The translations under genes were made by a program, and so were the position numbers. A stretch of 63,369 nt of DNA, counting the filler, from Octopus bimaculoides (lineage: Eukaryota): NCBI RefSeq assembly GCF_001194135.2. It is 9 parts of 8 records of this genome, joined end to end, with 100 filler letters (N's around TTAATTAATTAA, not from the genome) between each part and the next. Parts side by side here need not be neighbours in the genome. Positions count along the whole stretch, not along the records: positions 51,305 to 58,704 come from NC_068988.1; positions 58,805 to 63,369 come from NW_026403719.1; 7 more parts are not named here. One strand, given 5' to 3'. The notes beneath the pieces were generated by a model. It was not told the origin of the DNA. It ran no database searches and saw only the letters and a program-made list of their open reading frames with translations. This document shows positions 52,451-63,369 of the stretch, piece by piece (the stretch's first letter is position 1; every line of letters begins with the position of its first letter).

Positions 52451-52506
52451 TTGTTATCCTGTTCCAGACCGCTCTGGCCACCATATTATGTCTCATGCAT
52501 GTATGC

Positions 52507-52537
<31 letters not shown>

Positions 52538-52814
52538 TGTATGTATGTATGTATGTATGTATGTATGTATGCATGCATGTATGTATGTATGAATTTGTGT
52601 ATGTTTTTGCTGTGCATCTATGTAATATATATATTTATATATAAAGCTAGTTGACTGGAATTTCCAAGTCGCCGTCACCGCTCGTAAAAGTTTAAATGAG
52701 CGTATACTCTAAAAAGTATTGAGCAATTCTTTAGTTTAATGTTAAATTGTTTTTAAAAACAACTTGACAAAAACAAGCATCATTCTGTGTGTGCATGCGT
52801 ACGCATGTCACTGT

Positions 52815-52920
52815 TTAGTTTTATTTCAAGATGTCTTGCCAATAGAGAAGGAATCGGTTTCTTACCTAGATTCAAGGTTCCTTCATTGGAATTTCAACAT
52901 CAACAACAGAGTAGTTTTGT
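52815..52920 (-). mobile_element. Second copy of the 31408-31505 repeat
   Basis: Direct similarity; again next to (TATG)n. Confidence 0.7.
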
Positions 52921-52935
52921 ATGTATGTATGTATA

Positions 52936-53155
52936 CTCTTTTTACTCTTTTACTTGTTTCAGTCATTTGACTGCGGCCATGCTGGAGCACCGCCTTTTAG
53001 TCGAGAAAATCAACCCCAAGACTTATTCTTTGTAAGCCTAGTACTTATTCTATCGGTCTCTTTTTGCCGAACCGCTAAGTTACGGGGACGTAAACACACC
53101 AGCATCGGTTGTCAAGCGATGGTGGGGGGGGGGAGAAACACAGACACGCAAACAC

Positions 53156-53186
<31 letters not shown>

Positions 53187-53332
53187 CATATATACGACAG
53201 GCTTCTTTCAATTTCCGTCAACCAGATCCACTCACAAGGCTTTGATCGGCCCGAGGCTATAGTAGAAGACACTGAACCCGGAACCATGTGGTTGGTAAGC
53301 AAACTACTTACCACATAGCCACTCCTGCGCCT
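52936..53332 (-). mobile_element. SINE family A, full length, with a deletion of about 20 bp in the head
   Basis: Near-consensus head and tail. Confidence 0.93.
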
Positions 53333-53734
53333 ATTGTTTTAAAAATAAAAATAAAATAAAAACAGACAGTCTTTTCTCCTTGGTACGAAAATGATGTAAG
53401 GCTAGATAGATGATGTCTATTTTATTAGTTATTGTGGTCAATACAAAACTAGTTTCACGATTAATGTACAAACTAAATATACCAATTTTTAAAAAATTAA
53501 CTTAATTTAGAAACACATTTTTCGATCTTCAGTTGTATACACCGTATTTTAAGAAAAGATATAACTATAAAATATATTTACCTTCATCTATCCACATCAG
53601 TTCGTAACCCAAGGTATTCAGTATATTGAAAAAGGTAAGAGAGGGAGAAGAAACATACTTCGTCATCCACATTCAAACACGCTTTCTAATTTGTTGCTGG
53701 GCCGATAGCGGCAAATTATGTATATATATTCATA

Positions 53735-55102
53735 TGGTGGTTGTCTACTCCTTATGCAGAGTTTGATCACCTCCTGTACCTACACCTTAGCACCATCATG
53801 GCGTCTGATGTGTCTTTTTAAACCAGACAATGTTCTGAAAAGACACCCACATAGATTGCACTTCCGATTTGGACCACCAAGAGCTGCAGATAAGTTCTGC
53901 TCTTTGTGGATTTTAAAATGTCTCTTGAGGCCTCCGTTGGATTTGCAAACCTTCTGGCATACATTGCATTCAAAGGTGTGCATAGACATGTAGGCAGAAT
54001 AGTTGGTGGAGGTTTGTTTTCCATGCGTTCGCAGATGAAATTTGAGGCCAGCAAAAGATAGGCATGGTCTGTCACAGACTGCGAACACAAAAAGGTCATT
54101 GTCATTCACCTTCTCGATCGTTACATTCTTCCTTAGATCTCTTTTAAGTCTTACTTGTCTTATCCTGGCCCCTTCAAATGCTTTCACTCCACTCCACATC
54201 TTTGTTCGCCATCCAATTCGATCCGAAGCAAGGGTTTCTATATCTTCTGGAACCATTTCCAGTGACTTCATAGTAGTCCTTATGCCGTCCTTAAACCTTT
54301 TTTTTAGGTTTACGCCGATAGCGTTTCCCCTCTTCATGCTCACCATAAAACAACTGTTTCGTCATGCGTTTATCTGCCATTCGAACACCATCTCAATTGG
54401 TTTCTCAGAATCATAGCTTTAATTGAGGGGATGCCCCCAAATACAAGGACATCTGTGTTTGGAGTAAAAGAACTCCATTTAATTTTTAAAATGCGATGAA
54501 GGTATTTTTGGTGGAATTGTTCTAACAATTTAAAATACCTTTCATAACAAGTCCAAGTTTCACAGGAATACAACAGGGATGGTAAGACAAATGATTTGTA
54601 AAGAACGAGCTTTGTATTCTTATTTATATGTCACTGGCACTAAACACTTGACTCTAAGCCACCAAATAATTTTGTTGCCCTTTGAATTCGCAGGTGTATT
54701 TCCGTATCAAAATTTCCATCATCTTGAACAGAGCTTCCCAGGTAGACAAATGATTTGACAACCTCAAGTAACTTTCCCTTTACAAAAATTTTAGCGGAGT
54801 TACAAACAGCACCACACGCAGGTCGATGTATTACAACTGTTTTTTTCTTTTCAAGTTGATGGTCAAGCCAAAATCATCACAAGCCGAGTCAAATGCAGAT
54901 ACAAGAGACTGCAGATATGTTTCAGAATGACTGACAAGATCGCAATCGTCAGCGTACAAAAGTTCCTTCATGAGTTAAGTAAAAACCTTCCTTTCGAATT
55001 TTAGTATGGTCAGATGAAAAACATTCCATGTTGTTCGATATTTTATGTAAATACCCTCCTCAGAGTTTTGAAAAGCATGTGACAACACAACAGAAAAGTA
55101 TA
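53735..55102 (-). mobile_element. RTE-clade LINE, 3' 1.37 kb of RT ORF with three C-terminal C2H2 zinc fingers
   Basis: TLFAIYFSVVLSHAF..EEGIYIKYRT; ELLYADD; FGLTIN; FVYLGS; LLYSCETWT; QLRW; KRFKD; then three C-x2-C-x12-H-x3-H units (the first has C>F) and a stop at 53780. The 5' end is lost in a gap. Confidence 0.93.
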
Positions 55103-55455
55103 TTGCAAAGAGGGTGGATGCANNNNNNNNNNGTGTGTGTGTGTGTGTGTGTTTTGTATCTGGGTGCTTATGAAGTTTATTATGATATTATGATTTCATG
55201 TTCAGACAATAATGAACAAGTTTCTGTACGATTCGAACACTGATCTCTTGTGAAAGGAAGACAGGAAAGAAGAGCTGCGAGGCGCGAAAGAGGCCCAAGA
55301 AATACGTCGATGAAAAATTTTGTATCGAGGAGAATGAGTCAGGGATTCGTGTTAGTAAGATGAAAAATAGCATGAGATAAAACGTTAAGTACATAAGATC
55401 TATATGGCAAAGAATACTGATTACAAACGGAGAAAAAAATCAGAGTGAAATATCA

Positions 55456-55494
<39 letters not shown>

Positions 55495-55875
55495 NNNNNN
55501 NNNNNNNNNNNNNNNNNNNNNNNNNNNNNNNNNNNNNNNNNNNNNNNNNNNNNNNNNNNNNNNNNNNNNNNNNNNNNNNNNNNNNNNNNNNNNNNNNNNN
55601 NNNNNNNNNNNNNNNNNNNNNNNNNNNNNNNNNNNNNNNNNNNNNNNNNNNNNNNNNNNNNNNNNNNNNNNNNNNNNNNNNNNNNNNNNNNNNNNNNNNN
55701 NNNNNNNNNNNNNNNNNNNNNNNNNNNNNNNNNNNNNNNNNNNNNNNNNNNNNNNNNNNNNNNNNNNNNNNNNNNNNNNNNNNNNNNNNNNNNNNNNNNN
55801 NNNNNNNNNNNNNNNNNNNNNNNNNNNNNNNNNNNNNNNNNNNNNNNNNNNNNNNNNNNNNNNNNNNNNNNNNNN

Positions 55876-55923
<48 letters not shown>

Positions 55924-56329
55924 GTGTGTGTGTGTATATATATATATATGTATATATATATTTGTATGTATGTATATATGTATGTATGTATAATTATGTG
56001 TGTGTCCTATTCTTTGCCTCCATAAAATCGATTTATGACCATCTATGACTCATAGTTCTACTGTCTAACTTCCATGCGCACATACCTAAACATACAGGCA
56101 CACACACACTCAAACACACACACACACACACATACACACACACACACATACACACACACTATAACAAACACCAACGTACACGCAAGCATGTATGTAAGCG
56201 TGTGTGTATGCACAGACATAGATACAAACGTGTGTACGTTTATATATTATCTGTATGTCTCTGTGTGAGGTATATCATATAAATATACACACGCACGCAC
56301 ACACATATAAATACACACGAATAAAGATA

Positions 56330-56375
<46 letters not shown>

Positions 56376-56849
56376 NNNNNNNNNNNNNNNNNNNNNNNNN
56401 NNNNNNNNNNNNNNNNNNNNNNNNNNNNNNNNNNNNNNNNNNNNNNNNNNNNNNNNNNNNNNNNNNNNNNNNNNNNNNNNNNNNNNNNNNNNNNNNNNNN
56501 NNNNNNNNNNNNNNNNNNNNNNNNNNNNNNNNNNNNNNNNNNNNNNNNNNNNNNNNNNNNNNNNNNNNNNNNNNNNNNNNNNNNNNNNNNNNNNNNNNNN
56601 NNTATATATATATATATATATCTACATATACATATATATATATCTATCTACATATATATATGTATGTTTGTGTGAGTGTGTGTGCATATATGCGTGTGCG
56701 CGTATATGTGTGCTTGTATGTGCATTCGTGTGTATATATGTATACGCGTGTTTGAATGTGTGTGTACACAAATGTTATGTTTATATATTGATTTTTTTTT
56801 AAATATTTGTTCAATAGGGGTTTCGGGGCCCAGAAAAGCAGAGGAAGGC

Positions 56850-57180
56850 GGGAGAGTGCGCCTTTGTGTGTGGGATTTGGAATGTGCTGATGCAGTTAGT
56901 TTGATTAGTATACCGCCAGAATTATTATAGAATAATATTTATATGGGATAAAGAGACATGGGAGGAGTTATGGATGTTCGGAGGAAATGTAATTGCAAAG
57001 AAAGGAAATGAAGGGGCCAGATAGAATGTTAAGTAAGGGCTGGAGAGGCAGGAGTTGGGCGGTTTTTATCAATATAAAACCATTGTGAGATATAGCACAA
57101 AACTCCGAACATCAGTTCGATGGAAGAGTAGGCCCTGAAGGCAATTTTATGAGCAAAATGGAGGGTTGGCAAAATCTGAG
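56850..57180 (-). mobile_element. Possible very old CR1/L2-type RT C-terminal remnant
   Basis: Weak match only: HRTDVRSFVLY and HNSSHVSL resemble HRRxVxSLxLF and HxxxVxLP. Confidence 0.3.
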
Positions 57181-57184
57181 ACCC

Positions 57185-57225
<41 letters not shown>

Positions 57226-57272
57226 GGTAGTAGTAGTAGTAGTAGTAGGTTTGGAGATTACCTGCTCATTTG

Positions 57273-57333
<61 letters not shown>

Positions 57334-57336
57334 GAC

Positions 57337-57421
<85 letters not shown>
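57185..57421. repeat. Compound trinucleotide array (TTA)(GTA)..(TAC)(GAT)(AAT)
   Basis: Direct reading. Confidence 0.95.
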
Positions 57422-57423
<2 letters not shown>

Positions 57424-57424
57424 G

Positions 57425-57635
57425 CTTTCACCTATAGGAGAAAGCCTGAAATTTTACGGAGGGGGCCTAGTCGATTACATCGGCCTCAGTGCTCGCCTGG
57501 TACCTATTTCATCGACCCCGAAAGGATGAAATGCAATGTTGACCTCGGCGAAATTTGAACGTAGAATATAAAGAGCCGGAAGAAGTGTCGCTAAGCGTTT
57601 CGTCTGATGCGTTTATAATTCCACTAGGTGACCAA
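57425..57635 (-). mobile_element. Diverged SINE family B beside (AAT)n
   Basis: ATCGACCCCGAAAGGATGAAATGCAATGTTGACCTCGGCGAAATTTGAAC. Confidence 0.85.
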
Positions 57636-58407
57636 CTAATAATAATTATTTACCACGATGAAGACAAAGAGACCATTATATGGACATGTTTGAAAAAAGG
57701 TGTGGTGCGTTTATATTGAAATAGAATGAGAATAAAAGAAAGAAAAAGGGGAAGTAAAGATACACATTAGATTGTATGTTACCTTAATAATGGGGCCACG
57801 AATCAAAGCCAGTCCATGGACCTAACGGATCCTAAATCACGCTAACTACTAAGGGAGTTTCCCTCTCCAAACGATGACCCTTTCATCTACATGCACATTC
57901 AGAAAGCAGAGTCAGTCACTCAGGACATGTTCGTTATATTCGCCGAGCTTTTGACAAATTTACCTGAGCTGTGTACGTCTGTCCCCACCCTCTCTCTCTT
58001 CCTCACCTTCCACTCCAAGTGGAACTTGAAACAGTTAGAGAGGTTGTCTGTATTTTCAACCGATTGGCTCCGTTGTCACAATGCCCAAGATTGCCTGTAA
58101 TTTCTCTTTCAAACCATAAACCCACGCGTCCTTCGAAATGCAAAATAAATTCCTTTCATTATATTCCCGCTGTTCCATAAGGAATTGAGGTATGGATAAA
58201 TCTTCACTACATTCATACGGCGAAGTTCTGCAAGGTAGACATTTTGTTAGTCGGATAATTCCCATTAAAGTTCTTGACAGTTTAGAGGTAGCTCCAGTGA
58301 AATAAAGAAGACTGGAAACGCTTTCTGTTTCTCAAATCGAATTCTCTATTTATTTCTTCGCTTGGTGACATACACCAACACACATCTGCGTATTATTAAC
58401 CTTGTTG

Positions 58408-58704
58408 AAGGCGGTAAGCTGGCAGAAACGTTAGCACGTCGGGCGAAATGCTTAGCAGTATTTCCGTCTGCCGCTACATTCTGAGTTCAAATTCCGCCGA
58501 TGTCGACTTTGCCTTTTATCCTTTCGGGGACGATAAATAAAGTAGCAGTTACGCACTAGGGTCGATGTAGTCGACTTAATCCCTTCGTCTGTCTTTGTTT
58601 GTCCCCTTTATGTTTAGCCCCTTGTGGGCATTAAAGAAATAAGAAACGTTAGCACGCCGGGCGAAATGCTTAGCGGTATTTCGTCTGCCGTTACGTTCTG
58701 AGTT
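58408..58704 (+). mobile_element. SINE family B dimer, cut by a gap
   Basis: Same unit 1, tail alpha, unit 2 junction as 18240-18680. Confidence 0.92.
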
Positions 58705-59429
58705 NNNNNNNNNNNNNNNNNNNNNNNNNNNNNNNNNNNNNNNNNNNNTTAATTAATTAANNNNNNNNNNNNNNNNNNNNNNNNNNNNNNNNNNNNNNNN
58801 NNNNATATACATACATTACGGTATAGTATATTATATACAGACAGAGACCGGCAGAGAGACAGACAGACAGAAGTCAGAGCATTTACATTTGTATATGTTT
58901 TTAGTTTAAAAATCTATGGCTATATAAATATATTCTGTATCACTGCATCACATTGAAACAAAGCAAAGCTAACGCGTCAGTAACGAAAGCTAATTAAGCT
59001 CACTAGTTCGTTTAATTACAATCTTCTTTAATTATTATAAACGTTATTCTATGACAAAACCGTATTTCGTCAGATCAGTTTTGCTCACATCACAAGTGCA
59101 TTGCGCTGTATTTACCGACATCCTGCCTTCATACGTCATTTTCGTATGTTCTTACGTCATATTTGCTGACATCGCGTCACGTCTAATCATATCCCATCGA
59201 TGACGTCACATTTGGTTATTTCGTTTCTTACGTTAGAGTCTTTTGATAAATCGAAGGCGACGACGGCACTGGAGCCGCATGGATTTCCTTTGATGACATG
59301 AAATCAGGTTGAATGAGACTTGACCCGGGGTTAAACAACAACAACAACAACAATCGCAAACAGCAACATCGCAGACAACAACAACACACCGACCTCGACT
59401 ACATCAATAACAACAGAAATACAAGGTGG

Positions 59430-59655
59430 GAGAATGAGTGGTCTTCTCTGTAGTCGCACGAATTGCAAGAAATAGCAGCCAAGTTTCTTACAAAACGCAT
59501 CTTGCCTTCTTAAAAAATTGAAAGGCTACAATGTATTCAGGATGACATTAACCAATGGGTAATGTAATCCTGAATACATTGTTTGAAAAAAAAAATTGTG
59601 ATGATCACGGTTGGAACGCCTCTGTAAATACGTCTGCACTGGATCAGGCTTGAGG
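59430..59655 (+). mobile_element. Unclassified SINE-like remnant containing a hairpin
   Basis: GTCGCACG..AGAAATAGCAGCCAA.. resembles a common cephalopod repeat as I recall it. No second copy in the window to confirm. Confidence 0.3.
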
Positions 59656-60667
59656 TAACCACCACCACTACCACTACCACCAATGCCACCACTGCCACCG
59701 CCACCAACACCACCGTGGCCCCAACCCCAATGTCACCACCACCACCACCACCACCTACACTGCCACCACTGCCACCACTACCACACTGCCCTCTGTCACC
59801 ACCATCGCCACCGCCACCAACNNNNNNNNNNNNNNNNNNNNNNNNNNNNNNNNNNNNNNNNNNNNNNNNNNNNNNNNNNNNNNNNNNNNNNNNNNNNNNN
59901 NNNNNNNNNNNNNNNNNNNNNNNNNNNNNNNNNNNNNNNNNNNNNNNNNNNNNNNNNNNNNNNNNNNNNNNNNNNNNNNNNNNNNNNNNNNNNNNNNNNN
60001 NNNNNNNNNNNNNNNNNNNNNNNNNNNNNNNNNNNNNNNNNNNNNNNNNNNNNNNNNNNNNNNNNNNNNNNNNNNNNNNNNNNNNNNNNNNNNNNNNNNN
60101 NNNNNNNNNNNNNNNNNNNNNNNNNNNNNNNNNNNNNNNNNNNNNNNNNNNNNNNNNNNNNNNNNNNNNNNNNNNNNNNNNNNNNNNNNNNNNNNNNNNN
60201 NNNNNNNNNNNNNNNNNNNNNNNNNNNNNNNNNNNNNNNNNNNNNNNNNNNNNNNNNNNNNNNNNNNNNNNNNNNNNNNNNNNNNNNNNNNNNNNNNNNN
60301 NNNNNNNNNNNNNNNNNNNNNNNNNNNNNNNNNNNNNNNNNNNNNNNNNNNNNNNNNNNNNNNNNNNNNNNNNNNNNNNNNNNNNNNNNNNNNNNNNNNN
60401 NNNNNNNNNNNNNNNNNNNNNNNNNNNNNNNNNNNNNNNNNNNNNNNNNNNNNNNNNNNNNNNNNNNNNNNNNNNNNNNNNNNNNNNNNNNNNNNNNNNN
60501 NNNNNNNNNNNNNNNNNNNNNNNNNNNNNNNNNNNNNNNNNNNNNNNNNNNNNNNNNNNNNNNNNNNNNNNNNNNNNNNNNNNNNNNNNNNNNNNNNNNN
60601 NNNNNNNNNNNNNNNNNNNNNNNNNNNNNNNNNNNNNNNNNNNNNNNNNNNNNNNNNNNCGTCATCA

Positions 60668-60955
60668 AGACGGTGAGCTTGGCAGAGTCATAAAGCACGC
60701 TGTGGCAGAAATGCATGGCGGCATTTCATCCGCTTTTACGTTCTGAGTTCAAATTGCGCCGAGGTCGACTTTGCCTTCCTCGGTCTGGGAATCGAAACCG
60801 CGATCCTACGACCGCGAGTCCACTGCCCTAACCACTGAGCCATTGCGCCTCACACACACACGAACACACATGCATATATATAAATATACACCGGTCCTTT
60901 GTAGTAGTAACAATCTATCCACATGTGTTTAGCCCCTTGTGGGCAATAAAGAAAT
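60668..60955 (+). mobile_element. SINE B 5' part (60668-60778 +) joined to a SINE C head (60779-60850 -), with a B tail-alpha remnant near 60925-60955
   Basis: Abrupt junction GACTTTGCCTTC|CTCGGTCTGGGAATCGAAACC. Confidence 0.85.
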
Positions 60956-61459
60956 GTTATAATTTAGAAACGAAAGTCTAGTGCATCAGCCAGATATTTA
61001 GCTATCACCACGTCCACGACATACAAATAGAGCTAAGCGTCGGCTCTGAGTAAACACACGGGGCTGAAGGGACATTTTTGGGGTCACAACTTTTTTTATT
61101 TTTATCTGAGTTATTTGGAATATTTTATGATTATGAATGGTGTTGATCTATTTACATTGACAAATAAAACTGCAGTTTCTTTCCTCCCATAATCAATTTT
61201 GATTTCAGAATATCTTTGAGATTTTAACTTAGAATATATATCTCCGACATGTCTACGCACTTAACATTTCTCTGCGATAATGAGAAGCTCATTAGTTTTA
61301 AAGTTTGACATATGAAAGTTAGCGTAAATAGGGTATGGATTAAAGCCTACGATGATGCCATCAGAGTGAGGGTACAACTCTTTATGGGATTTGAAGGGAA
61401 CATCTGCGATTCAATGTCTCAACACTTTCTTAAATATTTCAAATGTTAGAGAAAGAGGT

Positions 61460-61460
<1 letters not shown>

Positions 61461-61557
<97 letters not shown>
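61461..61557. repeat. (TATC)n joined to (GATA)n with no spacer, giving a perfect 90-bp palindrome
   Basis: Centre TATCT|AGATA at 61505/61506. Confidence 0.95.
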
Positions 61558-61558
<1 letters not shown>

Positions 61559-62124
61559 TAGGTATTCGTATATGAAGATAGATTGATGCAGTCACACACG
61601 CTTACGTACCACAAGGCAGCTACAGAATGGGAACACCTCGGAAAAAAGACCCCAAATAAACAAACCGATTGTTTCGTACCAAGATATTAAAGGTATCCTA
61701 GAAAAGAGACTTCATCCGAATGCTGTAAAGAGAGGGGACCCCAATAAATTTACTCAAAGGTCATGAGGTTGTCTTAGTACAGACTAAATCTATTACCCAA
61801 GAAAAAGTAGAATTTATTCCACAGGCTTTCATCGATAATCGATCCGACTAGTTTTGCGCTCAAGGCATGTATCGATTCGAGGGGACACTTCTGAAAAGAA
61901 AAACCCGAGCAGTGAGATCGAACAGGGGACTGCGTGATTGCAAAACGATCGTTTTAATGATGCAGTCATGCGTGCGCCCATGGGCCACGATGACGCTCGT
62001 TTGAAATTTCTGTGTGTTCGTGTCTGTGTGTTCGTGTCTGAATATGCGTAAGCATATTAAGGATTTAAATACGAGAAATGTCTCGCTCACATAATTAAAG
62101 ACACACACATATATTGACATACAC

Positions 62125-62157
<33 letters not shown>

Positions 62158-62260
62158 CATACATACATACATACATACATACATACGTATATATATGTAT
62201 GCATACGCATATATATGCATATATAAAAGCATACATACACACACACATGTACATGCATAT

Positions 62261-62293
<33 letters not shown>

Positions 62294-62403
62294 CACACAT
62301 ATCTACATATGGTTGTGTATACTCACACACACACACAAAAGTACCTCTGTGTACATGTATATTTGCGTCTATGCAAATCTTCCTATTATACATTCATACA
62401 TAT

Positions 62404-62464
<61 letters not shown>

Positions 62465-63197
62465 NNNNNNNNNNNNNNNNNNNNNNNNNNNNNNNNNNNN
62501 NNNNNNNNNNNNNNNNNNNNNNNNNNNNNNNNNNNNNNNNNNNNNNNNNNNNNNNNNNNNNNNNNNNNNNNNNNNNNNNNNNNNNNNNNNNNNNNNNNNN
62601 NNNNNNNNNNNNNNNNNNNNNNNNNNNNNNNNNNNNNNNNNNNNNNNNNNNNNNNNNNNNNNNNNNNNNNNNNNNNNNNNNNNNNNNNNNNNNNNNNNNN
62701 NNNNNNNNNNNNNNNNNNNNNNNNNNNNNNNNNNNNNNNNNNNNNNNNNNNNNNNNNNNNNNNNNNNNNNNNNNNNNNNNNNNNNNNNNNNNNNNNNNNN
62801 NNNNNNNNNNNNNNNNNNNNNNNNNNNNNNNNNNNNNNNNNNNNNNNNNNNNNNNNNNNNNNNNNNNNNNNNNNNNNNNNNNNNNTATAACGCTCTCGCT
62901 TTCAATAGGAAAGAGATTCTCTACTGCTATTGTCATGATCCGACCCACCACCACCACCACCACCACTACCACCACCACCACCACTACCACCACCACCACC
63001 TTTCACAGTGGCTGATTATTGTGTGTGTGTATCTACGTAATTGAGTCTTGTTTGTTTGTGTGTGTTTTTGTGTGTGTGTGTAACATGTAATTGAGGAATA
63101 TTTTATAAGCATATTTTACAAACTGCTTAAATGTGCATGTTTGCATACACGTATGTCTGTGAAGCATGTGTGTGCATGTGTGTGTTTGTATATATAT

Positions 63198-63228
<31 letters not shown>

Positions 63229-63369
63229 CATTATGTATACACATATTTACAAGTATGTGTTTTATGGTATATACATTTTATGTATATGTATATATACATA
63301 TATGCATGTATTATATTTGTATACATATATATATATGTATATATATATATATATGTGTGTATATATATA

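Noticed and set aside
55030-55065. Minus-strand CUGAGGA plus hairpin plus GAAC
   Set aside because: It encodes the RTE RT segment SEEGIYIKYRT, and A15.1 is wrong.
61060-61450. DNA transposon terminal region
   Set aside because: The composition is suggestive, but no matching inverted terminus lies in the window.

Overview
AT-rich, microsatellite-saturated eukaryotic DNA from a draft assembly with roughly 8 kb of N gaps; eight of the gaps carry an artificial TTAATTAATTAA marker. The SINE families and repeat landscape best fit an octopod cephalopod (inference, not proven). I found no host protein-coding exon, rRNA, true tRNA or CRISPR array, so this looks like intergenic or deep intronic sequence, and almost all ORF-track entries are simple-repeat or gap artefacts. 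Recognisable content: (1) decayed retroelement coding fragments: a Mag-like Ty3/gypsy gag-pro-RT (6.1-7.5 kb), a near-complete Penelope-like element with RT and GIY-YIG (8.1-11.2 kb), a second Penelope fragment (41 kb), R4/Dong-clade RT (47.6-48.9 kb) and RLE fragments, and an RTE LINE whose C-terminus carries three C2H2 fingers (53.7-55.1 kb); (2) more than 25 copies or fragments of three tRNA-like or Nin-like SINE families; (3) many simple repeats. The main unexplained signal is a dispersed set of minimal type-I hammerhead ribozyme motifs. Four have an intact catalytic core (2918-3017 +, 24839-24878 +, 34318-34365 -, 49752-49796 -), and three are decayed but still show stem I pairing (11107-11141, 17396-17431, 27905-27939). 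The 2918-3017 motif has a 73-nt branched stem II, and the 49752-49796 motif lies inside an inverted-repeat cassette. All structures were read by eye and not computed.
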